A stretch of 64,000 nt of DNA, from assembly GCA_965200155.1 (NCBI GenBank), contig CBDATR010000034.1, positions 64,001 through 128,000 on the forward strand, given 5' to 3'. Shown here piece by piece: positions 52,450-62,383 of this stretch. The notes under the pieces are model-generated. The model made no database searches. It was not told the origin of the DNA and worked only from the letters and a program-made list of their open reading frames with translations. The position numbers and the translations under genes were made by a program. The DNA is from Nitrosopumilaceae archaeon (lineage in GTDB: Archaea; Thermoproteota; Nitrososphaeria; Nitrososphaerales; Nitrosopumilaceae). Numbering within the stretch: position 1 is the first letter of the stretch; the number at the start of each line of letters is the position of its first letter.

Positions 52450-52989
52450 GTGAGGCGCAAGGAGAGAGAACAAATCAGGGTTGGCGACCTTGTCATAAAC
52501 ATAAGAAGGACCAGCAGGCGAAAAACTATGGCGATTCATGTTGAAAGGGAGGGTGTGGAAGTGCGGACACCATTATCCACACCTAACACAACGATTAGAA
52601 AAATTGTTATCAACGACAGAGAGTGGATTAACAAAAGGCTCAAGGTGTTTGAAGATATGGTGATTCCCACCGTAAAGGCCAAGCCGGTGTCATTATTGGT
52701 TACAAGAGTCCATGAATTGGCCAAAGTGATGGGCGTGAATCCCGCCAAGGTTACCATAAGAGTGATGAAGACGCGCTGGGGTAGTGCAGGTAAAAATGGT
52801 AATATCACGTTAAACGAGAAACTGACACTGGCCCCTGATCCGGTAATAGACTCTGTCATAATTCACGAGCTGTGCCACTTGGTACACCATAATCACTCCC
52901 CGGCATTTTGGGAACTGGTAAAAGGATATGACAAAAACCTTGCAACTAGCAAAGAATGGCTTCGAAAGAACGGACTGTGGCTTGCATAA
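52450..52989 (+). CDS. YgjP/SprT-like (M48) metal-dependent hydrolase
   Basis: MKTRWGS, IIHELCHLVHHNHSPAFW. Confidence 0.88.
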   Translation: MRRKEREQIRVGDLVINIRRTSRRKTMAIHVEREGVEVRTPLSTPNTTIRKIVINDREWINKRLKVFEDMVIPTVKAKPVSLLVTRVHELAKVMGVNPAKVTIRVMKTRWGSAGKNGNITLNEKLTLAPDPVIDSVIIHELCHLVHHNHSPAFWELVKGYDKNLATSKEWLRKNGLWLA

Positions 52990-53060
52990 GTTTCATCCGT
53001 GTATGTTGGTGTGCACACAAGCTGGCACACCCTGATTTTTAGATATGCTTTCATGGCCGT

Positions 53061-53907
53061 GTAACCGTTTAGGTCACACGACACCTTAACCATATGTTCT
53101 GATTAATCCAATACATGTCATATGGAAGACCCAGAGGTTGAGATTCTGGGGGACAAGCTAGCCATGGCTGAATACAAAAGAAACATCAAGATCAATGAAG
53201 AAAAAGATGTGACTATCCGCAGATTATATGAGAAGGATCTCGAATCAGTCAATGCCAATATGCGTAAAGAATTGGAATTGCGGGAGTGTTTAGCTCGACT
53301 AATGGAAGAATACAACCGTAAGCATAACTGTTGAAAGGCTGCCGGATGATATATCCGGAAATCAAAATACTGCGGGACAATCTGACCAAGGCCATAGGCG
53401 TGAATGGTAAACTGATAAGAATAATTCGTGGGAAAGAAATTATCATCGAGATACAGTCAGACGAAATTACAAGGTTAGAGACAACGTTGAAGATACTCCT
53501 TGCAGCAAGGGATAAAGTTAATAAGGAAGAATCTCCGGTATTATGAAAACTCGCATACCCCTTCATCCTAGAACTCCATTCCACCGAAGTCAAAAAGGGC
53601 TGCACAAAGAAGGGCTAATGCCGCAAAAAATACCGGCAAATGTGGCCGGAAGAATGGACACTGGAAAATCCCACAGCAGAAAGCCGGACACAATAGTGCT
53701 CAAGACACCTGACAAGTACCCAAAATCTGGAAAAGACCGGCAACACAACAACAGACATACCCGCCATTCCGAAAGCGGAGGTTACCGCACACATGACGAA
53801 TAAGTGTCGGTGCCGGGAATGCAATACCATTATCGATACGGTGCATGATCCCGACGTAATCCAGGGCACGCAATTTGGACGCAACTTACTGACCATCATA
53901 ACCGACT
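53061..53907 (+). mobile_element. Second IS66 lineage: left end plus decayed transposase N-terminus
   Basis: GTAACCGTTTAGGTCAC end; coiled coil, YENSHTPSS, CRCREC, GTQFGRNL. Confidence 0.7.
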
Positions 53908-54256
53908 CATCAATAGTACGAAAAGTAAGTCCACTTAGGATCCAGCGTACAGTAGCTCAGATTGCACAAGCCAGATGGTAAAGAGAATAACAGAGGAATC
54001 AAGACAAAAGAGGCGTTGCCACAACCAACATCTCAAGACCTGAAACAAGACACGTACGAAGATTGTGAACCAGAGAACGGGAACGACTTAAGATGGGCAT
54101 GCCTATGATACCAATCACCGCCACCCAGATACGAATGGTAACTGAAGCACACAGCAAGGATCCCGCCGGAGTAGTACGTATTGCAAAGAGGCTTAGACAT
54201 GATACATATCGCGCAGTATGTCGCATAATGAAAAAGAACGGTACGGCAGCCTCATC
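53908..54256 (+). mobile_element. Left part of the 43-bp-TIR/IS481-like element
   Basis: Homologous to 10412-10770. Confidence 0.7.
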
Positions 54257-54357
54257 GTATGAGTTCACGTCTTCCGGAATCTTATGCACAAATCACATTA
54301 ACTAGAACAACCTGTTCCATCAGTTATGCGTAAATTTAGACACAGGTGAACTCACAC
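54257..54357. mobile_element. MITE-1 variant A
   Basis: TIR; no TSD. Confidence 0.9.
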
Positions 54358-54871
54358 TGTTTTTCTTCTAATTTCTCTTCCAATTCATTTACATAATTTC
54401 TAATAATTTGGAAATCTTGTATGTGATTTCGTATTTCTTCTATGGTGCGTGTGACATATGTGCTTCCAATACTCTCAGACGTTCCTTGTAATGTGCAAGA
54501 TCTTTCTTGGTAGACGCAAGGGTATCCTGAAGAAGCTTATTTTTCGTATGAGTTCACGTCTTCCGGAATCTTATACACAAATCACATTAACTAGAACAAC
54601 CTGTTCCATCAGTTATGCGTAAATTTAGACACAGGTGAACTCATACAACAATCCAGCGTAGCAGGCTCTGCGATACGCAGTGGTATTCCGCAAGATTAGT
54701 GGCCAGATAAAGGGTGGTGAAAGGGCCATGCGCCGCATGTCCACATGTGTTCAGAGATGGCGGGCTCAGGGCCTTTCTGTAATGAGCGAGGTTGCTACCA
54801 GAATGCAATTATAATTAAAAAACTGGGATGCATTCTATCTTATTATGTGATCAAAACACGTGAACTCATAC
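54358..54871. mobile_element. Scrambled IS66 fragments with 3' end TIR
   Basis: 54358-54545 matches 19660-19865; 54647-54871 matches 21200-21431. Confidence 0.8.
54546..54646. mobile_element. MITE-1 variant A
   Basis: TIR; no TSD. Confidence 0.9.
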
Positions 54872-54881
54872 CAGAATAGAG

Positions 54882-54973
54882 GTATGAGTTCACCTGTGTC
54901 TAAATTTACGCATAACTGATCGCGACAGTTAATGTGATTTGTGCACAAGATTCCGGAAGACGTGAACTCATAC
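54882..54973. mobile_element. MITE-1 variant B
   Basis: TIR; right flank is an inverted copy of ~17170-17291. Confidence 0.9.
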
Positions 54974-55099
54974 CTTAACTTTTCTGTTTCACACGAGTCT
55001 GTGTGGGAAAACCCATGATATTAGGTCAATTGCTCGTATCTAACAACTTGGTTTAGACGTGCAGGGTGGGAGAAGTGATTCTGCGCATACGGTCTAATA

Positions 55100-55723
55100 T
55101 CGCAAATCAAGTCAACACCCGACTTTAAGGAAATTGTTCCAGGCCGAGCCGGAGGGGAGATAAAGACTGACGGGACACATGTACGCGTACAACGTCCTGA
55201 AAAAAATCAGGAGGCAATGTACTCTGGTAAACAAAAAACCCACACGTATAACGTACAGATAACATCAAACAAGAAAAGACTGATAATTCACGTCAGTGGA
55301 GTATATGAGGGAAAAAGACACGATTATGGTATATTCAAGAATGATATTCCCCTTGGAGGCAAATGGGGCAAGTCCCTAAAAGAATCAACCACGCTGCCAT
55401 CTGAGAAGATAACAGTAATAGCAGATGCAGGATACCAGGGTATGAAAGACTTCCTACCCGGCGCAAAGGTCATAATTCCATACAGGGGTAGGGAATCACT
55501 CACTAAAACTGAAAGGAAATACAACCAATATGTATCAAAAAGGCGCATATTAATCGAGAATGTAATTCGAATGCTAAAGGTATATCGTAGATTAAGTCAG
55601 GTATATGATGGTAGTCGTGAGGAATTCCGGGAAGATCTACTCGTAGTATCCGGGTTGCATAATTTACACATTATGCACAAGCATACCAGGTACAAGAAAT
55701 TTTTGAAAAATATCTGTCCATAA
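55100..55723 (+). pseudogene. IS5 (ISL2/DDE_Tnp_4) transposase C-terminal half
   Basis: DGT, HD, ADAGYQG, RILIENV; 5' part near-identical to 17910-18296. Confidence 0.8.
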
Positions 55724-55787
55724 TTTCCGTGTTATTATAATTCGAATATTACTCATCAGAAAATCCACTAAATTAATGGGTTTTGTG

Positions 55788-55955
55788 GTAACCATTTAGC
55801 TCACTCATGATATACGTCATCAAGATCCGGTCACCCCACTACACGACATTTGTAATCACGGCATACGTTAGTGCTGACAGGTGCCATTAACATTGTTCAT
55901 GCTTGCCTGATTGTGTGCCATAAAATACACCCCAGTTTGAAGCAACATGGGCTAT
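55788..55955. mobile_element. Degenerate MITE-2
   Basis: GTAACCATTTAGCTCAC end; interior similar to 24754-24946. Confidence 0.55.
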
Positions 55956-55979
55956 TCCTGTCAATCATGCGCATAAGGT

Positions 55980-56364
55980 CTATTGCTTTTGCAACGGTAT
56001 CGGCCGTTGGGAGTATCTTGATCAGTCCCTGCTTTGTAAACTGGATGTAACGACATATGTTTGACTGGTTTATCTTGAGTATTGCAGCAAGAAGCTCTTG
56101 CTTTGTATTGCAGCGCAGGCGTATCAGTGTAACTAATGGTACATGCCTGACCGGAAATTTGTTCACGTGCCCGCGATCATTTGTAAGTTCTAAGAATCGC
56201 CGTGCATCATCGCCTTCCAGGGACTCTACGTATTCTGTGAATCTGATTAGTATCCATTTGAACTCTTCCGGGGTGCATCCGGTCAGGGAATGAAGCTGAT
56301 CCTTGCGTTCTATGATATCATCAAGATTTGAAACGAGGGCATTCTTTGTTTGAGCTTCAAGTTT
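55980..56364 (-). pseudogene. IS5 (ISL2) transposase N-terminal fragment, inverted
   Basis: Near-identical to 17531-17913. Confidence 0.8.
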
Positions 56365-56465
56365 GTATGAGTTCACGTCTTCCGGAATCTTATGCACAAA
56401 TCACATTAACTAGAACAACCTGTTCCATCAGTTATGCGTAAATTTAGACACAGGTGAACTCATAC
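56365..56465. mobile_element. MITE-1 variant A
   Basis: TIR; no TSD. Confidence 0.9.
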
Positions 56466-57019
56466 CCTGACAAGTACCCAAAATCTGGAAAAGACCGGCA
56501 ACACAACAACAGACATACCCGCCATTCCGAAAGCGGAGGTTACCGCACATATGACGAATAAGTGTCGGTGCCGGGAATGCAATACCATTATCGATACGGT
56601 GCATGATCCCGACGTAATCCAGGGCACACAATTTGGACGCAACTTACTGACCATCATAACCGACTCATCAATAGTACGAAAAGTAAGTCCACTTAGGATC
56701 CAGCGTACAGTAGCTCAGATTGCACAAGCCAGATGGTAAAGAGAATAACAGAGGAATCAAGACAAAAGAGGCGTTGCCACAACCAACATCTCAAGACCTG
56801 AAACAAGACACGTACGAAGATTGTGAACCAGAGAACGGGAACGACTTGAGTAAAGATGGGCATGCCTATGATACCAATCACCGCCACCCAGATACGAATG
56901 GTAACTGAAGCACACAGCAAGGATCCCGCCGGAGTAGTACGTATTGCAAAGAGGCTTAGACATGATACATATCGCGCAGTATATCGCATAATGAAAAAGA
57001 ACGGTACGGCAGCCTCATC
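56466..57019 (+). repeat. Duplicate of 53708-54256
   Basis: Near-identical ~550-bp segment bracketed by MITE-1 copies. Confidence 0.88.
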
Positions 57020-57111
57020 GTATGAGTTCACGTCTTCCGGAATCTTATGCACAAATCACATTAACTGTCGCGATCAGTTATGCGTAAATTTAGACACAGG
57101 TGAACTCATAC
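57020..57111. mobile_element. MITE-1 variant B
   Basis: TIR; no TSD. Confidence 0.9.
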
Positions 57112-57243
57112 TATTTTTCAGCTCCAATTCCTTATAGGACCGGCGTCTTCTCATTAGATTCTTATTGTAAATTTGGTATTTAAGCAAAATATTGTCATAC
57201 CAATCTATATCTTAGTGAATGATCAAAACACGTGAACTCATAC
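57112..57243 (-). mobile_element. IS66 5' end fragment
   Basis: Matches 19860-19991 including TIR. Confidence 0.85.
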
Positions 57244-57402
57244 GAATCATGAACTAGATTCACAAGGTGTGTGTAATTGGTAAATTCATGAACCCGTAAT
57301 AATTCGCAGGTTCCCGATTACGCGCCCCATTACCATTGAGGCACATTTCGCCGCATACCAGTTATGACTAGGTATGTCACTATCCGGTAATAGTCTTCCA
57401 GT

Positions 57403-58191
57403 TCATTTGTAGCGGCCCTGCCATGCATACTTTTGCCCTATTCTGCCCTCGGATAATCGACTCTTTATCATCTCTACGTATCGTGATTGCAGCTCGCACG
57501 TCATGTATGTTAATCCCATACTCTTTGCCTGAATGACCTCCGAGCCGCTCCCCCCGAATAATATGAAAATGGTATCGCCGGGAATGGTGCACGAGCGCAT
57601 TAACAGCCCGGATAAACTTTCAGGTATCTGGCATGGGTGTATGGTTTTAGTCCTGGATACGTTCTTGATTAAATTCATGTTAATCCAGGAATAGGGCATT
57701 CTGCCCATGTGGCCGTCTTTTATACGCTGTTGTATTCGGCTATCTGTTGGATTCTGGTACGGCTGCGCCACCTGTTCCTTGTAGAATTTATTGTTCCTTG
57801 ATTTTGTAACATGTAATATGGAGCGGTGAGCCGTGGTGAATCTTCGCGGAGAATGCCCTACATTGGTATTATACACCCATACATAGTCATGTACTGAGTG
57901 GGCATTATCATCCAAGTACTTGACGCGCAAGTGGGCATTCTGCTTTGGGTAGTTAATGAAGAATAAGTTTCCGTCAGGTTTCAGAATACGTAAGCACTCC
58001 TTGGCTAAACTCACATACCATTCTATGTAATCCTGAAATGATGTTGTGAATGATTCCCCGTCATACTTTATACCTACATTATAGTCAGGGTCTCCGTATA
58101 TCATGTCTAGAGAATTATCTGGCATGTCATTCATTACCCCAAATACATTCTCGTTAAGTACGGCATTCCTGTATTTTTCCGGTAACACCAT
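57403..58191 (-). CDS. Orphan N4-C/N6-A DNA methyltransferase (beta class)
   Basis: DPDY catalytic-motif variant, HPCQIP, FGGSG. Confidence 0.85.
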   Translation of the reverse strand: MVLPEKYRNAVLNENVFGVMNDMPDNSLDMIYGDPDYNVGIKYDGESFTTSFQDYIEWYVSLAKECLRILKPDGNLFFINYPKQNAHLRVKYLDDNAHSVHDYVWVYNTNVGHSPRRFTTAHRSILHVTKSRNNKFYKEQVAQPYQNPTDSRIQQRIKDGHMGRMPYSWINMNLIKNVSRTKTIHPCQIPESLSGLLMRSCTIPGDTIFILFGGSGSEVIQAKSMGLTYMTCELQSRYVEMIKSRLSEGRIGQKYAWQGRYK

Positions 58192-58250
58192 TTACGGATG
58201 TGTATAATGATTTGTTATTTATGTACGCGTCATTCAAATCCTGACTGTTT

Positions 58251-59338
58251 CATACCGAAATTATGTCGCTTAGTCATCCGTATCCCTCTCCATCCATTTT
58301 GGGTCGTTCTATCTTGATGCGCGCCTACTATGAAATGCCCTGAGCGAGGTCTCCAGATTATACATGTAAAGAGCAAAGTGAAGCCGTATCTCATTGTAGT
58401 ACTCTACATAATCTGACAAGCTTTCATAATGGAATATCTCATCCTCGATGCTCCGGTGAAATCGCTCCAGCTTACCATTGGTCTGGGGCTGGGCTGGGAC
58501 GGCTATTGATGAGCTCAATACCCCGATTGAGCAGCTCTTTTTCGAATATTGCAGGCCTCCATTTCTTCTTTGGAGCCTTGCTACACACTCCAACGAGGCA
58601 TGATCCATTATCCGACCTGTATATTTTGGTGGCATCTTTCGAAATGAACATCCCGCTACACACTCCAACGAGGCATGATCCATTATCCGACAGTATAGCT
58701 GCCGGGGTTCAGAACTGCTCTATCGCCTTGCGTAATACCGTAATGGCGTTTTCTGACGTGGCCTCCCGGAACAGTTGAGCGGCAACTATGCGGCGCGAGG
58801 AGTCATCTATGCGATTCAGGCCCTCAAACCGCGGTTCTTTCATGACATACCGGTCAACATGCCACAGGGCATTGGAATACTTTCTTTCATATCGCACCCA
58901 CTTGCGTTTTTTAGATTTTGCGGGGGATGCGGTCACCAGATTGTTATTTTTCATGATACAATATATGCGCCGGTACTGATCTTTCCTCTGAGCCTGACAG
59001 CTGTACGCAATACACCAACAGGCTCCTTTTTGTGAGTATCCAGAACCTGTCGTATTTCTTGAAGTGTGATCTCCATACTGGGACGGCTGGCGCGTCCGGG
59101 AACCGGATACTTGCCGGTCCTGTGGAATTCGGTCTGAATGTGCCTTTGCAAGACACCCACTTCCCGGATATGTTCGAGGTGCTCTTTCCCTTACTGATGA
59201 CGTATCGGAGAACTTTTTCATCTCAGGTACTTGACCATGTTTTTCTTTGATTTGTAGAATCTCTGTTAGCCGTTTTTGGACTTTGCTAAACACTCATTCA
59301 TTAGCGCTTTAATCTTAGTGCGACCTAATTTTGATACA
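58251..59338 (-). mobile_element. IS481-like element, decayed
   Basis: Imperfect TIR (TGTATCAAAATTAGGTCGC); RYERKYSNALWHVD, SDNGS, PQTNGKLERF. Confidence 0.8.
58580..58691. repeat. Repeat-insert-repeat unit (37-38-37 bp) inside the IS481 transposase
   Basis: GCTACACACTCCAACGAGGCATGATCCATTATCCGAC at 58580-58616 and 58655-58691. Confidence 0.9.
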
Positions 59339-59356
59339 CTTGATGTGTGAGTAATG

Positions 59357-60694
59357 CTATACAGGTACGCCCTTGTACTGGTATCGAAGTATCTTGTGGA
59401 ACAGGTTATGGGATGCGCCTATGGCAGTCATACTGGCAAGAACCCCCACAAAATTGCGTATTACCATTTCAGGATTTAGCTCCGCAGAGATTATGGGCTC
59501 CTCAAAGACTGTATGAAAATTATCAACCAGCCAGAATGTCAGGGTCACCCAGGACAGTATTCCAGCAATCATATAGCCCAGCCTAGTCCTGTTATGTACC
59601 ATGAGAGTGGCAAACACTATCACTCCATACCATATGATGGAGACCGGAAGCCACGGCACTCCGTATACATCTGGCCTGTCGTCTAGCCAGTAATACGTGG
59701 TTCCACATATTCCCAGTATGAACAAGGATATCATGAGAATCCTCTGATTCAGCCGGAACCCGGTTCTCTCGTTACGGGGCAGCGATTCATAGGGGGGCAG
59801 GTGATCAGTCTCCTTTACTACAATATCGATAGACTGGGTGATGGTCTTTAACTGCAATGGCATGATGTGATTAATGGAGTCATCGGACACAACCGTATCG
59901 TGCACCAAGCTATCAATCAGCGGCCTTGCCAGTGATGCCTTTACCGGCGTTATCAAGTCAACCCACAATGACGACAGGCGTGTACTCATGAATGGTATAC
60001 GCAGAATAATCAGCCTGCGGTTCAGGTATGCCGAGTAAGTCCTCATTAATTGCTCATATGTGACAATGTCGGGGCCGCCAATCTCGAATATCCGCCCCAC
60101 AGTCTCGCTCTTTTTGAGGCATCCTGCCAAATACTCCACCACATCGTCTATTGCAATGGGTTGTGCGTATGAGCCCACCCACGAGGGACAGATCATCACT
60201 CGCAGTCTCTCCACCAGGTAGCGCAACATGTTAAAGGAGCCCCCTTGCGCGCCGATAATTATGGAGGCGCGCAGCTCAGTTACGGGTATACTCCCGGATG
60301 CAAGAATCTCTCCCACACTCTTTCTACTCTTCATGTGAGGGGACAGTGACGTCTCATTCTCGTCGGTTAGCCCGCCAAGGTAGATGATTCTCCTGACATT
60401 TGATGCCTCTGCTGCCTCCAGAAAATTCCTGGCCTGCTGCTTCTCCCTTTCGGCAAAGTTATTCCATTCCCTCTTGCTTCCTTCCATGGAGTGTAACAAG
60501 TAGTATGCCACATCTATGCCCTTCATGGCGCGTTTCAGCGAATCCACATCAAAGGCGTCGGCTTGCATATATTCCACGTTACTATCATTCATATCCTGGC
60601 GGCTCATGCCCCGTACCTGATAATTTAGCAAGGCAAGTTTTCTTACCAGCCGGGATCCCACGAATCCCGTACAGCCGGATACCAGTATTGTCAT
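59357..60694 (-). CDS. NAD(P)-binding epimerase/SDR (YbjT-like) with C-terminal TM region
   Basis: VSGCTGFVG, YYLLHSM, LRASIIIG, QPIAIDD. Confidence 0.85.
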   Translation of the reverse strand: MTILVSGCTGFVGSRLVRKLALLNYQVRGMSRQDMNDSNVEYMQADAFDVDSLKRAMKGIDVAYYLLHSMEGSKREWNNFAEREKQQARNFLEAAEASNVRRIIYLGGLTDENETSLSPHMKSRKSVGEILASGSIPVTELRASIIIGAQGGSFNMLRYLVERLRVMICPSWVGSYAQPIAIDDVVEYLAGCLKKSETVGRIFEIGGPDIVTYEQLMRTYSAYLNRRLIILRIPFMSTRLSSLWVDLITPVKASLARPLIDSLVHDTVVSDDSINHIMPLQLKTITQSIDIVVKETDHLPPYESLPRNERTGFRLNQRILMISLFILGICGTTYYWLDDRPDVYGVPWLPVSIIWYGVIVFATLMVHNRTRLGYMIAGILSWVTLTFWLVDNFHTVFEEPIISAELNPEMVIRNFVGVLASMTAIGASHNLFHKILRYQYKGVPV

Positions 60695-61089
60695 TGTATG
60701 AGCCCCCTAATGGTTACAAGACGTGAATTCATTGGCGCCTCCCTGTTGTACCAATATTACCATTAATACATACGAGAAATATTAGTTTGTTTAATGATTC
60801 CCGGAACCATTTAATTACGTCTGCAAGATTCTGCCACAAAGCAATAACATTGCGCCAGATTGGCATGAATCATACGTTGGATATAATCAGGCCATGAACT
60901 GCTCGTATGGCTGCCTGCATTATGTCCTGTTCTCTCATGTGATAATGATTCCCAGACTTGAAAAGTGACAGGGAGCCGTATCCGCGTTATGAGAGAATCA
61001 TTCATGTGTAGCGGGGACAATTCATTCTTAACGACGATGCAGGCGAACTTATCCAATGAGTTTTATATTATTTCTAGATATCATCACGA

Positions 61090-61542
61090 ATGATTGTGTG
61101 TCCGAACTGCGGTAGCCGGGACACACTACCAGATGCCGGTGCAAGCCAAAATACCAGAGCATGCCTAAAGTGCAACGCCAGATTTCATGATGAGAACAAC
61201 TACTCCGGACCGGAAAGTGGGAGTTACAATACGCAAGGCAGGAGACCGAGAGGGTATAACCACAAAAGTGAGAGAGCCACGCTGGTTCTGGCAGTGGTGC
61301 TGGGATTATTTGGACTGAGTGGCATAGGTCACATCTATCTTGGCAAGCTTCAAAGAGGATTGTGCATACTGGTTGGGTCCTTCTTACTAGCGGTGGTTGG
61401 CGTGGCCACCATTCCATTGTTTGTAGGGATTGTACTGCTAATCGTGGCCTTTATCATATTCATATGGCACATATTCAACGCAAGAAATCTGTGCAGGCAG
61501 TACAATGATCAACTTGCCAGAACCGGGGCGCCACCATGGTAG
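61090..61542 (+). CDS. Zn-ribbon plus TM2-like membrane protein
   Basis: CPNC..CLKC; LGLFGLSGIGHIYLG. Confidence 0.75.
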   Translation: MIVCPNCGSRDTLPDAGASQNTRACLKCNARFHDENNYSGPESGSYNTQGRRPRGYNHKSERATLVLAVVLGLFGLSGIGHIYLGKLQRGLCILVGSFLLAVVGVATIPLFVGIVLLIVAFIIFIWHIFNARNLCRQYNDQLARTGAPPW

Positions 61543-62383
61543 TGTCATATGGTACCAGAATTAAAGGTCCCTCGCATAATGGTCGATAACGGGGTCCACC
61601 AAGATTCATGTCATTTACAATCCAGTGACAGGCGCCGCGCCATCATCTGGGCGGTCATGGAGTATGAATCACAAGTCCCGGTCATAAAAGGCCAACTTGA
61701 CAGGCGCCAGATTGTCATCTTGTATGATCTAAGCGACTACCGACAAATTTACCTATATACATTTATACCACAATATCTTAATAATATAGAATGGCAACAG
61801 CGCGATACTCGGGAGCATTTAACATGACTATAAAAGAATACAACATAATGAACAAGCTTGTGGACGAAAAGAAGATCCGGTCACGCAACGCGTTTCATCT
61901 TGAAATGATACGCCGGCACGGTCCGGCCATACTGGAAGGAAAGGAGCCACCGGTTCTGTAATCATTTTTTATTTCTCTCAAGATAATTACCACGGGGACA
62001 CAGTTTCCTGCTTACATGTACTGGTTTGTGGCAGAATCCATGACATGGCTATGTTTCCGGGAGCGACCATATTTTCCGCTCATTCACCACTGCCCTACAA
62101 AAAACACGATCCCCCAAGGGATACCATTTGGCCAATATGTATACAAACACAAAAGCGGGAGGTACAATCCTGTTCATGTTTACTATAAATTGTATCGGAG
62201 CGGCAGTGATTCAAGTATGGCGTGAATTCGTGTCATGTGTCTGAAATGCCAGGTGAGTGTCACGCGCAAGTCACTCCCGGGTCATTCAAGAATGGCGTTA
62301 TTATACAAGGTGGAGAATGCCGTCATATTTTCAAGGTGTAATACTGTTGCTCTTAAATAATAATTCTTTGATATGACTCTGGT

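Noticed and set aside
9791-57137. Many short ORFs starting MNSY/MHKIPEDVNSY or ending YEFTSSGILCTNHIN
   Set aside because: They are translations of MITE-1 ends, not a protein family.
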